Below, piece after piece: positions 19,319-29,472 of a DNA stretch of 64,000 bases. The stretch comes from an uncultured Rivularia sp. (lineage in GTDB: Bacteria > Cyanobacteriota > Cyanobacteriia > Cyanobacteriales > Nostocaceae): NCBI GenBank assembly GCA_963665115.1, contig OY762007.1:1440001-1504000 (forward strand). Direction: 5' to 3'. Every line of letters starts with the position of its first letter. Position 1 is the first letter of the stretch. The notes below the pieces were generated by a model. That model ran no database searches. It was not told the DNA's origin and saw nothing but the letters and a program-made list of their open reading frames with translations. The position numbers were made by a program, and so were the translations under genes.

Positions 19319-20143
19319 GTTTTCATCCCCGTGAGGGGTTAAAGAATTAAAACTAATGCTCGATCAAGGTGGAACAGCTTCTGTTGCTGAGTTTCCATCC
19401 CCGTGAGGGGCTAAGGAATTAAAACCATGTCTGCTTTCCCCGGAGCGAAAGATGCTGGACAGTTTCCATCCCCGTGAGGGGTTAAAGAATTAAAACCAGA
19501 TTTGTAAGAATACATCAAAATAGCGAGGGAAAAGTTTCCATCCCCGTGAGGGGTTAAAGAATTAAAATAAAGAGTTGGAGGAATAGGAATTATCCTTGCT
19601 TCAGTTTCCATCCCCGTGAGGGGTTAAAGAATTAAAACCTTTTCTCCGGCTCTTGCTGGTAGCAATGGGATTAAGTTTCCATCCCCGTGAGGGGTTAAAG
19701 AATTAAAACACCTAGTGGAAAATATGGCAGTGGAACTCGCTAATTTGTTTCCATCCCCGTGAGGGGTTAAAGAATTAAAACGACTTGATTGACTTTCGCC
19801 CCATCGCTTGCAAGATGTTTCCATCCCCGTGAGGGGTTAAAGAATTAAAACACGAATATCTGGAACTGGAGCACACGTTGTGCATTCAGTGGTTTCCATC
19901 CCCGTGAGGGGTTAAAGAATTAAAACCAGTTTATTTTAGATATTTTTTCTGGATGTGGTAAAGATTGTTTCCATCCCCGTGAGGGGTTAAAGAATTAAAA
20001 CCGTTGATTGGGATTGCGATAAGAATGGAACTTTCTCGTTTCCATCCCCGTGAGGGGTTAAAGAATTAAAACAAGTTACAAGTAATAAATTCGCTATATT
20101 TGCGGATCGTTTCCATCCCCGTGAGGGGTTAAAGAATTAAAAC
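19319..20143 (-). CRISPR. CRISPR array 2: 12 repeats / 11 spacers, repeat GTTTTAATTCTTTAACCCCTCACGGGGATGGAAAC
   Basis: Reverse-complement repeats start at 19319, 19391, 19462, 19534, 19604, 19675, 19747, 19817, 19892, 19967, 20038 and 20109. Confidence 0.98.
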
Positions 20144-20412
20144 CCTACCTATTTAGAACCCTTACTATAACTGGATTCCAAGGTGCCATTTTAGCGGGGG
20201 GTCTAATTTAACTACCAATAAACCGAAGTTATCGATAAAAACTAACCCAAACACCAGCTTCAAAGCACCATGCAATAGTCAATTAGCGGGGGGTAACGGA
20301 AGAATCATTGTTATGGCGATCGCCCTACCCCCGCTAAAATCTTACGTATACTCTGTCAAAACAAACACTGCTGTTTTGAATTGGAAACGTATAATTAAGT
20401 TGTCAAGGTTCT
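20144..20412 (-). promoter_or_regulatory. CRISPR leader 2
   Basis: Inverted homolog of leader 1 (e.g. CCGCTAAAATGGCACCTTGGAATCCAGTTATAGTAAGGGTTCT is shared). Confidence 0.85.
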
Positions 20413-20515
20413 GTAATTTCCTTGATAGAGTATAACAAAAAACTCTAAAATTTTTACAGCAAAATAACAAATTTAAGATTATATTTTTTTACCATACCCA
20501 ATGCCCCATGCCACA

Positions 20516-20659
20516 TCTTTTGGTATGGGTTTGCAGTTGCTTAGGGGAGATAATTTCCGCGCTCGTCTTGATTGGGGTATTCCTTTAGTATCGGTAAATT
20601 CAAGGAAGAGGACATGCCAAGAAAACGGTATTTATTTTACGTTGCAGTACAATCCTTAT
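20516..20659 (+). pseudogene. C-terminal remnant of a TpsB (ShlB/FhaC) transporter
   Basis: SFGMGLQL...RARLDWGIPLV...QENGIYFTLQYNP aligns with the C-terminus of the intact TpsB at 46551-48275 (SLGLGLQW...RADYGIPLV...QENGFNFSVRYQPF). Confidence 0.75.
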
Positions 20660-20731
20660 TTGTTAAAGTTATTGGCATATCAGATGTTGACAGTTCTACC
20701 GTTAGTCGCATAACCACTGAAAGTAGAGATA

Positions 20732-20986
20732 GAAACCAGCGATGGTGATTCCGGGGATATCAAAATTGCCACACCAGAATTAACTATAAAAGATGGTGCA
20801 AATATTGCAGTTAATAGCCTAAGCAGAGGAATTGGTGGGAATATTGAACTAGAAACAGATGCTTTAAACCTTGATAATGGCTTGATAGATGCGACAACTC
20901 GCAGCACTACAGGTGGCAATATTAATGTTGAAGCAGATGATATTCTTACCATGCGTCGAGATAGTCAAATATCCACCCCGGAATAA
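20732..20986 (+). pseudogene. Internal remnant of a TpsA/filamentous-haemagglutinin-like gene
   Basis: Translates to GDSGDIKIATPELTIKDGANIAVNS...LNLDNGLIDATTRSTTGGNINVEADDILTMRRDSQIST, like the late repeats of the TpsA genes in this window; no start. Confidence 0.75.
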
Positions 20987-21126
20987 TAATACTAATCGCA
21001 GAAATAATTTTATCACTACTTTAGCCTGTCAAGAGCGTTAGAATCAACGTTCAGCAAACAAAAGGTAAAAAATTATATCTTGTAGATTCTCAACAAATTT
21101 AGCTTAATACAATATTTTGAGAATGT

Positions 21127-21219
21127 TAGGACTTACGCAGCAATCACGGAAAATATAGTGTTCCAGACATTCTAGATCCCCTTAGCCCCCCTTTTTTAGG
21201 GGGGCTTGCGTGAGTCCTG
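21127..21219. mobile_element. ~93-bp MITE-like element with terminal inverted repeats and apparent 5-bp target duplication
   Basis: AGGACTTACGCA (21128-21139) ... TGCGTGAGTCCT (21207-21218); AATGT on both flanks; internal AGCCCCCCT...AGGGGGGCT hairpin. Confidence 0.65.
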
Positions 21220-21403
21220 AATGTATTAAGAATTAAGCATTGCTATTGACAATATACACTCGCCCTGAATTAAAAATCCAGTTAAAGTTGACTTGGTGGA
21301 GCACTAGTTTGTCAAGCATAAAAATGCAAATAATTATGCATTAACTAGCTGGACTTAGGAATTAAAAAATTAGCATAATACAAATATTGTCGCAAAGCGG
21401 TTA

Positions 21404-21595
21404 AAGAAGATGTTTTAAAAGTATTCGGCGGTTAAAACCGCTACTACATAGGCTAAGTCCACCTCCGTGGACTAATTGTTTTTAACCCACGTTCACCGAG
21501 TGTGCCCTAAAAGGGCATAGTAAGGCTCAGCGTGCCCGGAGGGTATATTAAATTGCCAGATGAATTATTAAATTACACTTTTAAAACATTCTCTA
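21404..21595. mobile_element. MITE-like element with nested palindromes
   Basis: ATGTTTTAAAAGT ... ACTTTTAAAACAT terminal inverted repeats; internal AGTCCAC..GTGGACT and TGCCCT..AGGGCA hairpins. Confidence 0.55.
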
Positions 21596-21833
21596 AAGAG
21601 TATCGCTTACCGACAGAATTATTATTTACTTATTAAGTAAGTCATCTGGCTGCAAACTTACTAGTACGAGGTAAATAGAGCAACCATCTGAAATAGATGA
21701 AAGCTTTATAATATAAGTCTTTTTATTTTTGCCTTTTTACAACCAAATTGTGAATAATAATTCGATATTAATCAACTAATAAATCATATTTTTATTGATG
21801 TCCATTCTCATATAATGACAATAAAATAAATCC

Positions 21834-23336
21834 ATGAAAACTGACGTAAAAAGCCAAAATTATTCATCATTAAAATCCCATAAAAACTATAGCCACAAAA
21901 ATAAAAATCGTTTTCTATTCTGGCTATTGGGGTGTGCTTTTTTGGGTGGAACATTCTATGCAGTACAACATTTTGTGGTTGCGAATATTCCTCGAACCCA
22001 AAGTAAATTATTGACTGCTCCAGTCAGAAAGCAAAATCTAAACATTACGGTGTCGGCTAACGGCACTATTCAACCAGAGCGCACGGTGAATTTAAGTCCA
22101 AAAAATGCTGGTATTTTAAAAGAGTTATTAGTAAACGAAGGTGATTTAGTCAAGCAAGGGCAAATTATTGCTTATATGGATGATTTAAACCTACAAGGTG
22201 AACTGATTCAGTCAAAAGCAAAATTAGCTTCAGCAGAGGCGAATTTACAAAAATTGAAATCGGGAAATCGTCCTGAAGATATTATTCAAGCACAAGCACA
22301 ATTAGAAGAAAGCCAAGCAAATCTGACCAAATTAATTGCAGGGAATCGTCGTGAAGAAATCACTCAAGCCGAAGCGCGTTTAAAACAAGCAGACTTAGCT
22401 TTTAAGCAAGCAAAGGAGGAATTTCAGCGCTACGAACGATTATTTAAAGTTGGCGCAATATCCCGCCAAAATTTCAGCGATTATCAAACAAAGCGGGATA
22501 CAAGTATGTTGCAATTACAAGAATCTCAACAAGCTTTAGCATTAAAAAAATCGGGTACGCGAAGGGAAGATATTCAACAAGCACAAGCAAGAGTTAAACA
22601 GTTACAACAAGCTTTCAAATTAAGTCAAGTGGGAGCGCGAAAAGAAGATATTGCACAAGCACGAGCTGAAGTTAACTCTGCACAAGGTTCTTTAAAGACT
22701 ATTCAAGCCAGAATTGATGATACAGTAATCCGCGCACCATTTAATGGCTTGATAGCAAAAATATACGCGGAGCCTGGTTCTTTTGTCACACCAACAACTT
22801 CTGGAAGTGTTGTTTCTTCAGCGCTTTCATCTTCGATTTTATCATTAACATCAAAAAATCAAGTAGTGGCTAATGTCGCTGAATCGAGTATCTCAAAAAT
22901 TAAGATTGGTCAAAAAGTTAAAATCTTGGTAGATGCTTATCCAGAAAAAGTTTTTGAGGGGAAAGTATCGCAAATTGCAGCGAAGGCAACTATTGAGCAA
23001 AATGTGACTAGTTTTGAAGTCAAAATAGCGATTGTTTCTGAGGAAGAACAATTATTAAAATCTGGAATGAATGTAAGTGCGGAATTTCAAGTTGGTCAAT
23101 TAGAAAATACTTTGGTTGTCCCGACTGTTGCTATTATACGTCAACAAAATCAAAGCGGTGTATATATTGTTGACGCAGATAATAAACCACAATTTATCCC
23201 AGTGAAAACTGGCGTTACTGTTAAAAGTAAAACTCAGATACTTTCTGGAATAACTTCTGATAAACAAGTTTTAATTAGTTCTCCACCAGGAATGAAAACT
23301 AATTCACCACAAGGTATTTTTCCTCCTGCTCCATAA
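21834..23336 (+). CDS. Membrane fusion protein / periplasmic adaptor (MacA/HlyD family)
   Basis: N-terminal TM, SANGTIQPERTVNLSPK, VNEGDLVKQGQ lipoyl half, long coiled coil, IRAPFNG. Confidence 0.93.
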   Translation: MKTDVKSQNYSSLKSHKNYSHKNKNRFLFWLLGCAFLGGTFYAVQHFVVANIPRTQSKLLTAPVRKQNLNITVSANGTIQPERTVNLSPKNAGILKELLVNEGDLVKQGQIIAYMDDLNLQGELIQSKAKLASAEANLQKLKSGNRPEDIIQAQAQLEESQANLTKLIAGNRREEITQAEARLKQADLAFKQAKEEFQRYERLFKVGAISRQNFSDYQTKRDTSMLQLQESQQALALKKSGTRREDIQQAQARVKQLQQAFKLSQVGARKEDIAQARAEVNSAQGSLKTIQARIDDTVIRAPFNGLIAKIYAEPGSFVTPTTSGSVVSSALSSSILSLTSKNQVVANVAESSISKIKIGQKVKILVDAYPEKVFEGKVSQIAAKATIEQNVTSFEVKIAIVSEEEQLLKSGMNVSAEFQVGQLENTLVVPTVAIIRQQNQSGVYIVDADNKPQFIPVKTGVTVKSKTQILSGITSDKQVLISSPPGMKTNSPQGIFPPAP

Positions 23337-23427
23337 AATGTACGGAAATAATTACCTAAATAATTCAATAGTTAAGAGCAGAAATAAAATTGCGAACATC
23401 AAATATATAAATTTAGGAAGATAGTAA

Positions 23428-24693
23428 ATGGCTTTTAATTCAAAAAAACCCCAAGTTTCGATTTATTATGTAGATATTTTTTCAATGGCAGTAGAAGTGC
23501 TGTGGAGTAATAAATTACGCACGGGGCTAACTATGTTAGGGATGATTATTGGTATTTCTTCTGTTATTGGTATTACTTCTATAGGACAAGGTGTGCAGAA
23601 AGCAACGGAAGAAGAAATTAAGTCATTAGGCACAAATGTATTACAGATATTCCCCGGTGACGCAGCTAGAGGAAATGTGAGTCAAGGATTGGGTTCGACA
23701 AGTACTTTAACTTGGGAAGATGCGAAGGAAATTGCTGCACAAGCGCCATCAGCAGAAGTTGTTTCTGCTTATTTACAACATCAAGGACAAGTGGTTTATG
23801 AAGAAAAAAACACTTCTACAACTATTTATGGTGCAGATTTAAATTATTCCGAAGCTAGAAATACTTATCCACAAATAGGAAGATATTTTAATCAAGAAGA
23901 ATTGAATGCTAGTAAGCAGGTAGCGGTGTTAGCTCCTACTGTTAAGCGTAATCTATTTGGGAATAAAAATGACGTTGTTGGTAAAACAATTAGGATTCAG
24001 GGTGAAGCTTATGAAGTGATTGGAATTATGGAAGCAAAGGGTTCCCAAGGTCCTATAGATAGAGATGATGGAGTATATATTCCACTCACAACTATGTCAG
24101 CACGAATTGTGGGTAACAATGCTTTATCTGGTATTTCAGTTAATACTATTTTTGTCAAATCGAGGAATCAAGAACAGCTTCTTGCTGCTCAATTTCAAAT
24201 TCAAAATTTGTTACGGATTCGTCATAATATCTACCCACCTCAAGGTGATGATTTCCGAATAACAAATCAAGCTGATATTATCAAAACTTTTACAAATATA
24301 GTTGGTTTATTGACTGTTATGGTGGTTGCAATCGCCGGAATCTCTTTGGTGGTTGGTGGGATTGGAATTGCCAACATTATGTTAGTGTCGGTGGTGGAAA
24401 GAACGCGGGAAATTGGGATTCGTAAAGCTGTTGGAGCAAAGAATTCTGCGATTTTAAATCAATTCTTGGCTGAGGCGATTATTATTTCTAGTTTGGGAGG
24501 TGTAATTGGCATGGGAGGAGGTATTTTAATTGCCTTTGGTGCGGCAACTGTTTTTAATATTCCTTTGGTTATTTCGGTTTATTCAATTGCTGTTGGTTCT
24601 GGACTTTCCTTTAGTGTTGGTTTATTAGCTGGAGTAATCCCCGCACGTAATGCTGCTAAGTTAGACCCAATAACGGCTTTGCGTAGCGATTAA
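23428..24693 (+). CDS. MacB/FtsX-family ABC permease
   Basis: NKLRTGLTMLGMIIGI, GGIGIANIMLVSVVERTREIGIRKAVGA, PARNAAKLDPITALR. Confidence 0.95.
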   Translation: MAFNSKKPQVSIYYVDIFSMAVEVLWSNKLRTGLTMLGMIIGISSVIGITSIGQGVQKATEEEIKSLGTNVLQIFPGDAARGNVSQGLGSTSTLTWEDAKEIAAQAPSAEVVSAYLQHQGQVVYEEKNTSTTIYGADLNYSEARNTYPQIGRYFNQEELNASKQVAVLAPTVKRNLFGNKNDVVGKTIRIQGEAYEVIGIMEAKGSQGPIDRDDGVYIPLTTMSARIVGNNALSGISVNTIFVKSRNQEQLLAAQFQIQNLLRIRHNIYPPQGDDFRITNQADIIKTFTNIVGLLTVMVVAIAGISLVVGGIGIANIMLVSVVERTREIGIRKAVGAKNSAILNQFLAEAIIISSLGGVIGMGGGILIAFGAATVFNIPLVISVYSIAVGSGLSFSVGLLAGVIPARNAAKLDPITALRSD

Positions 24694-24933
24694 AAATACC
24701 CGCAGCCTAGAAGGCTAGGGCTAATATTACAAAGCCCACCTGCGTGGGCTAAATTCAGCGCATTATTATAAAGTATGTTAACTACACTTTTACATTTAAT
24801 TTTTGATAATAACTGAAAATAGTCTAACGTATCATCAATGTAATCATAATTTACGACAAATATTGATATTGAATTTACCGATTTACTTAAACATATTTAC
24901 TCAAAGTTTGTAATCTTTTTTTTTGCAAAAATT

Positions 24934-25593
24934 ATGATTTATCTAGAATCTATTTCAAAAAACTATCGTTTAGGAGAAGTGGAGATTGCTGTACTCAAAG
25001 GCATTAACTTGTCTATAAAAGAAGGGGAATATATCGCTATCATGGGTGCATCTGGTTCTGGCAAATCTACTTTAATGAATATTCTTGGTTGCTTGGATCG
25101 TCCAACAGCGGGAGAATATATTTTTGAAGATAGAAATTTAAGTAGTTTTGATGATGATGAGTTAGCATATATCCGCAATCAACGGATAGGTTTTATATTT
25201 CAACAATTTAATTTATTACCCCGCTCAACTGCAATAGAAAATGTGATGTTGCCAATGATTTATGCTAATGTTCCGCAGCAAAAACGCCGCGAATATGCAG
25301 AACAAGCATTAGTAAAAGTCGGATTGGCAGAACGCATATTTAACCGTCCAAATCAACTCTCTGGGGGACAACAGCAAAGAGTGGCGATCGCACGAGCATT
25401 AGTTAATCAACCAGCTTTAGTTTTAGCGGATGAACCCACGGGTGCATTAGATAGTCAAACATCCCAAGAAGTAATGGATTTGCTATCAGAATTAAATCAA
25501 CAGGGAATCACAATTGCTATCGTAACTCACGAACAAGAGATTGCCGCTCAAACAAAGCGAATTATTAAAGTTCAAGATGGTTTGATTATCTAA
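24934..25593 (+). CDS. MacB/LolD-family ABC ATP-binding protein
   Basis: GASGSGKST, LSGGQQQRVAIARAL, LADEPTGALD, VTHE. Confidence 0.95.
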   Translation: MIYLESISKNYRLGEVEIAVLKGINLSIKEGEYIAIMGASGSGKSTLMNILGCLDRPTAGEYIFEDRNLSSFDDDELAYIRNQRIGFIFQQFNLLPRSTAIENVMLPMIYANVPQQKRREYAEQALVKVGLAERIFNRPNQLSGGQQQRVAIARALVNQPALVLADEPTGALDSQTSQEVMDLLSELNQQGITIAIVTHEQEIAAQTKRIIKVQDGLII

Positions 25594-25622
25594 AATTAAT
25601 GTATTGAATCACCGAAAATCTT

Positions 25623-25650
25623 GTAGAGACGTAGCAGTGCTACGTCTCTA
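25623..25650. repeat. GTAG-type REP-like palindrome
   Basis: GTAGAGACGTAGCAGTGCTACGTCTCTA; related copies at ~62707 and ~63141. Confidence 0.75.
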
Positions 25651-25664
25651 ATAGTGTGAAAGCA

Positions 25665-27480
25665 TCACTTCATATTATGATTTACCAAGGTCATATCAGT
25701 CTTAATATTATTTGCCAATTGTAGGGAATAGAGATTTGCATATACTCTGTTTTGACTGATTAATTCTCTATGGGTACCCTCTTCGACAATTTGTCCTTGC
25801 TGAATAACTAGTATCCTATCTACACTGGTGACAGTAGATAACCGATGAGCAATAATAAAGCTGGTACGTCCTTTGAGCAAATTCGCTATAGCTTGTTGAA
25901 CTAACTGCTCTGTTTGGCTGTCGATGTTACTCGTTGCTTCGTCTAAAATCAAGATTCGCGGGTTTACCAAAACTGCACGGGCTATACTGATTAACTGTTG
26001 TTGTCCTTTACTCAGATTTATTCCACGTTCTCCTAATTGAGTATCGTAACCTTGGGGTAAGGTCAAGATAAAGTCATGAATATTTGCAATCTTTGCAGCC
26101 ATTTCAATTTCTGTTGCTGTTGCTTGGGGATTTCCGAAAGCAATATTTTCGGCAATGCTACAGCTAAAAATCACGGTTTCTTGGGAGACTATACCAATTT
26201 GACGACGTAAACTTGCTTGAGTGACTTTTCTAATATCTATTCCATCAATTTTGATTGCACCATCTGTAACATCATAGAAGCGAGAAAGTAAACTGATTAT
26301 GGTCGTTTTCCCTGCACCTGTTGCTCCAACTAATGCAATTGATTGTCCCTGGTTGAGCATGAAAGTTCACTTTATCTATAACTTTTTGACTGGGTTTATA
26401 CTCGAAAGACACTTGCTCGAACTCTACTTTACCCTGAATTGATGGCATTGTAATTGCATCTGTAGCATCTTGAAGTTTGACTGGTTGATCTAAAAGTAAA
26501 AAAATTCTTTCTAATCCGGCTAATGCAGATTGTGCTTGAGTATAGAAGTGGCTGATAATTTGGATGGGTTGAAAAAATTGCTGCACGTAAATTACAAATG
26601 CGGTGACTGCTCCTACTGTCATGACATTTGTGTAAGCTAGAAATCCTCCACAGGCTAATACAATAGCAAGAGCAAGTGTATTTAGAAAATCGATTGTTGG
26701 TAAAAAAGCAGAAGTAATTGCTGTAGCTTGAATATTCGCATTGCGGTTATTTGCGTTAAGTTGACGAAATTCTTGAAAGCTCAGTTGTATGCGGTTAAAT
26801 CCTTGAACTTCCTGAATATTGCTAATATCTTCTTCCACTTTGCTAGAAAGTTGAGAAATTGTTTGTCTGGTGACTCGAAATTTTTCCCTAGCTAAACGTG
26901 CAAAAAATGCTGTTGCTAATAACATTATAGGTATCATTAAGTTTGTGAATAAACCTAATTTTAAGTTGATGGAAAGCATAACTATTGCGCTTGTCAATAA
27001 GCCAAAAAAGCTGCCAATAACTTGTGGTAATATAGGGCTGAGTAACTGATTTAATGTATTGATATCGCTCAGTAATCGACTCATTAAATCACCAGCTTTA
27101 CTGTTATCGAAAAAGCTGAGAGGTAATGCTTGTAATTTGTTCATAATATCTTGCCGTAATTGAGCGAGTATACGCTGCATGATTACACCAACACGAGCAA
27201 TCAAAATACGACTACATATAAATCCAATTAAATACAATATTGCCAGCAGCAATAACATCCAAGCGAGTCCAGATAAGTTGTTTTTAATAACTAAGTTATC
27301 TATTGACCAACCAAAAATAAAAGGTGGAATTGCTTGGGTAATAGAGCTAACAAGAATTAAACCAAAAATTAACGGAATCTCTTTCAAATATGGATGGAAG
27401 TATTTAGCAAAACGATGGATAACAGGTAATGATTGATTTACCTTAGAAGTCGATTTAACAAAAATGTGAGATTTATTCAT
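25665..27480 (-). CDS. ABC exporter subunit (TMD-NBD) carrying the catalytic Glu/His of a heterodimer; +1 frameshift at ~26346-26349
   Basis: TMD followed by GATGAGKTT, LSKGQ, LILDEATS, IAHR; deleting one base gives HAQPGQSIALVG. Confidence 0.9.
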
Positions 27481-27640
27481 GAGTTAAAATATCCTATGAA
27501 CACGTTTACTTATCACTACATTAAAACTCTCTAATTACCAATTCTTCTCTAACTCTTTCCTCTGCGGTTTTTTAAATTAATAATCTTCTCCTAAAAGGAA
27601 GCAAAATATCTGTTAAATGAGAAGTATTTATTTCCCTCGA

Positions 27641-29362
27641 TTAAAAACCTGAATATTGCATTGCGGTGAGTTTATCTTTTACAACTAATTCCCCTTCATC
27701 AATAATAAATATTTTGTCGGCTTGACTAATTGTATTGTTGATACGTTGGGTGAGATAAATTAAGGTATATTCACGCTGTTGCTTGAGAATATTTAAAGAG
27801 TTCTGAATTAATGCTCCTGTCTTGGCATCAACCGCAGACAAACTATCATCTACAATCAATATTTTATAGTCGTTTAGTAAAACACGAGCGATAGCAATTC
27901 TTTGTCTTTGTCCCCCCGATAAACCAATTCCTCTTTCTCCAATCACAGTATCGTAACCATCCGATTGGGTAATAATAAAATCGTGGATTTGAGCAAATTT
28001 AGCTGCTTCAATTACTTTTGATAAAGGAGCATCTGGCATTCCATAAGCGATATTTTCACGGATAGTTCCAGAAAATAAATTAGCGTCTTGAGAAATAAAA
28101 CCGATGTGAGAGCGTAAATCAATTAAATTTAAACAGCGAACGTCATACCCATCAATCCTTACCGTTCCATTGGTTGCATCGTAAAAGCGTGGTATCAATT
28201 TAGCAATTGTACTTTTACCTGCTCCCGTCATACCTAGAATTGCGACTGTTTCTCCTGGCTGAATTTCAAATGAAATATTTTTGAGAGTATTTTCTTGCAC
28301 TTCAGAATAGCAAAAATTAACATTCTCAAAAGAAATTTTACCTTTACATCTATTCAAACTAATTGCATTTGTAGATTCTTTAATTTCAACCACAGTATCT
28401 ATTACTTGATAAACCCTAGTGACTGATGCTGCGGCTTGAGCAACCGATGAAAAAGCTAAACTAATTTGAAGAATTGGTTGAACCATGAATAATAGATATG
28501 AATTAAATGCAATCAATTTACCAATCGAAAATTCACTGCGAATTACTTCAAAACCTCCAAATCCAAAAATCGCCACTCCCAGCAAATTAGTTAATAAAAA
28601 GATGACAGGAAAAGTATCTCTAAGGACATAAATTGTTTTGATGCTTGTGGAAAGGAATTCCTGGTTGAACGCAGCATAACGTTTTATTTCTGTTTCTTCC
28701 CGTACAAAAGCTTTGATTGCACGCACTCCCAGTAAATTTTCTTTTAAAACTGTATTTAGCTCATCTAATTGTATCTGCACCTTATTAAATAATGGAGCAT
28801 TTTTATGAAAAAAACCGCCCAGCAATATCAATGACATTGGTATAACTAACAATGCTATTAAAGCTAACTTCCAATTCATTAATAGTAAGATGATTGCGCT
28901 GCTCAATAACATAATCGCAGCACCGAAAATTTGTAATAGTGTTGTAGCAATGAAAATGCGAATTTGTTCGATATCATTACTAATACGGGTAAGTAATTGG
29001 GATGTAGAGGTACGTTCTTGATAAGCTAAATCGAGATTTTGAGTTTTGTGAAAAAACTGATTTCTCAAGTCATAAGCAACACCTTGAGATACCGTCTCAC
29101 TCAAAAAACTTTGACCAAAATTGAATAATCCCCTTACTAAAGCCAGTAAAAGCATTAATCCCCCACAAGTCAGAATCACTCGTAAGTCATTTTCTTTTAT
29201 ACCCGCATCAATACCCCAGCCAATCAGTTGAGGAGTCAAAATATTCGCAACACTCAGCATTAACAAACTGGCGATCGCACCGAATACCATTCTGGGGTAT
29301 TTCTGCAACATTGCTACAACTCGTTTGAGTGATTCGATTGGTATATCTGGTTTCTGTTTCAT
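27641..29362 (-). CDS. ABC exporter subunit (TMD-NBD) with degenerate Walker B/H-loop, heterodimer partner
   Basis: GMTGAGKST, LSGGQRQR, Walker B IVDDSLS (E to D) and TQR (H to Q), as in TM287/288-type heterodimers. Confidence 0.9.
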   Translation of the reverse strand: MKQKPDIPIESLKRVVAMLQKYPRMVFGAIASLLMLSVANILTPQLIGWGIDAGIKENDLRVILTCGGLMLLLALVRGLFNFGQSFLSETVSQGVAYDLRNQFFHKTQNLDLAYQERTSTSQLLTRISNDIEQIRIFIATTLLQIFGAAIMLLSSAIILLLMNWKLALIALLVIPMSLILLGGFFHKNAPLFNKVQIQLDELNTVLKENLLGVRAIKAFVREETEIKRYAAFNQEFLSTSIKTIYVLRDTFPVIFLLTNLLGVAIFGFGGFEVIRSEFSIGKLIAFNSYLLFMVQPILQISLAFSSVAQAAASVTRVYQVIDTVVEIKESTNAISLNRCKGKISFENVNFCYSEVQENTLKNISFEIQPGETVAILGMTGAGKSTIAKLIPRFYDATNGTVRIDGYDVRCLNLIDLRSHIGFISQDANLFSGTIRENIAYGMPDAPLSKVIEAAKFAQIHDFIITQSDGYDTVIGERGIGLSGGQRQRIAIARVLLNDYKILIVDDSLSAVDAKTGALIQNSLNILKQQREYTLIYLTQRINNTISQADKIFIIDEGELVVKDKLTAMQYSGF

Positions 29363-29472
29363 AATTTCTCCTGACTATAGTTTAAGTTGACTAACTAAAT
29401 CGCATTACAATTTTTAATTACCAAGCCAACTTCTTACACTTAAAAACCCGGTTTCTTTTGGTGAAAGCATTA

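Noticed and set aside
19569..19603. Self-targeting spacer (shares CTCCAACTCTTT with ~36448)
   Set aside because: Only a 12-nt match; no convincing protospacer for any spacer was seen by eye in this window
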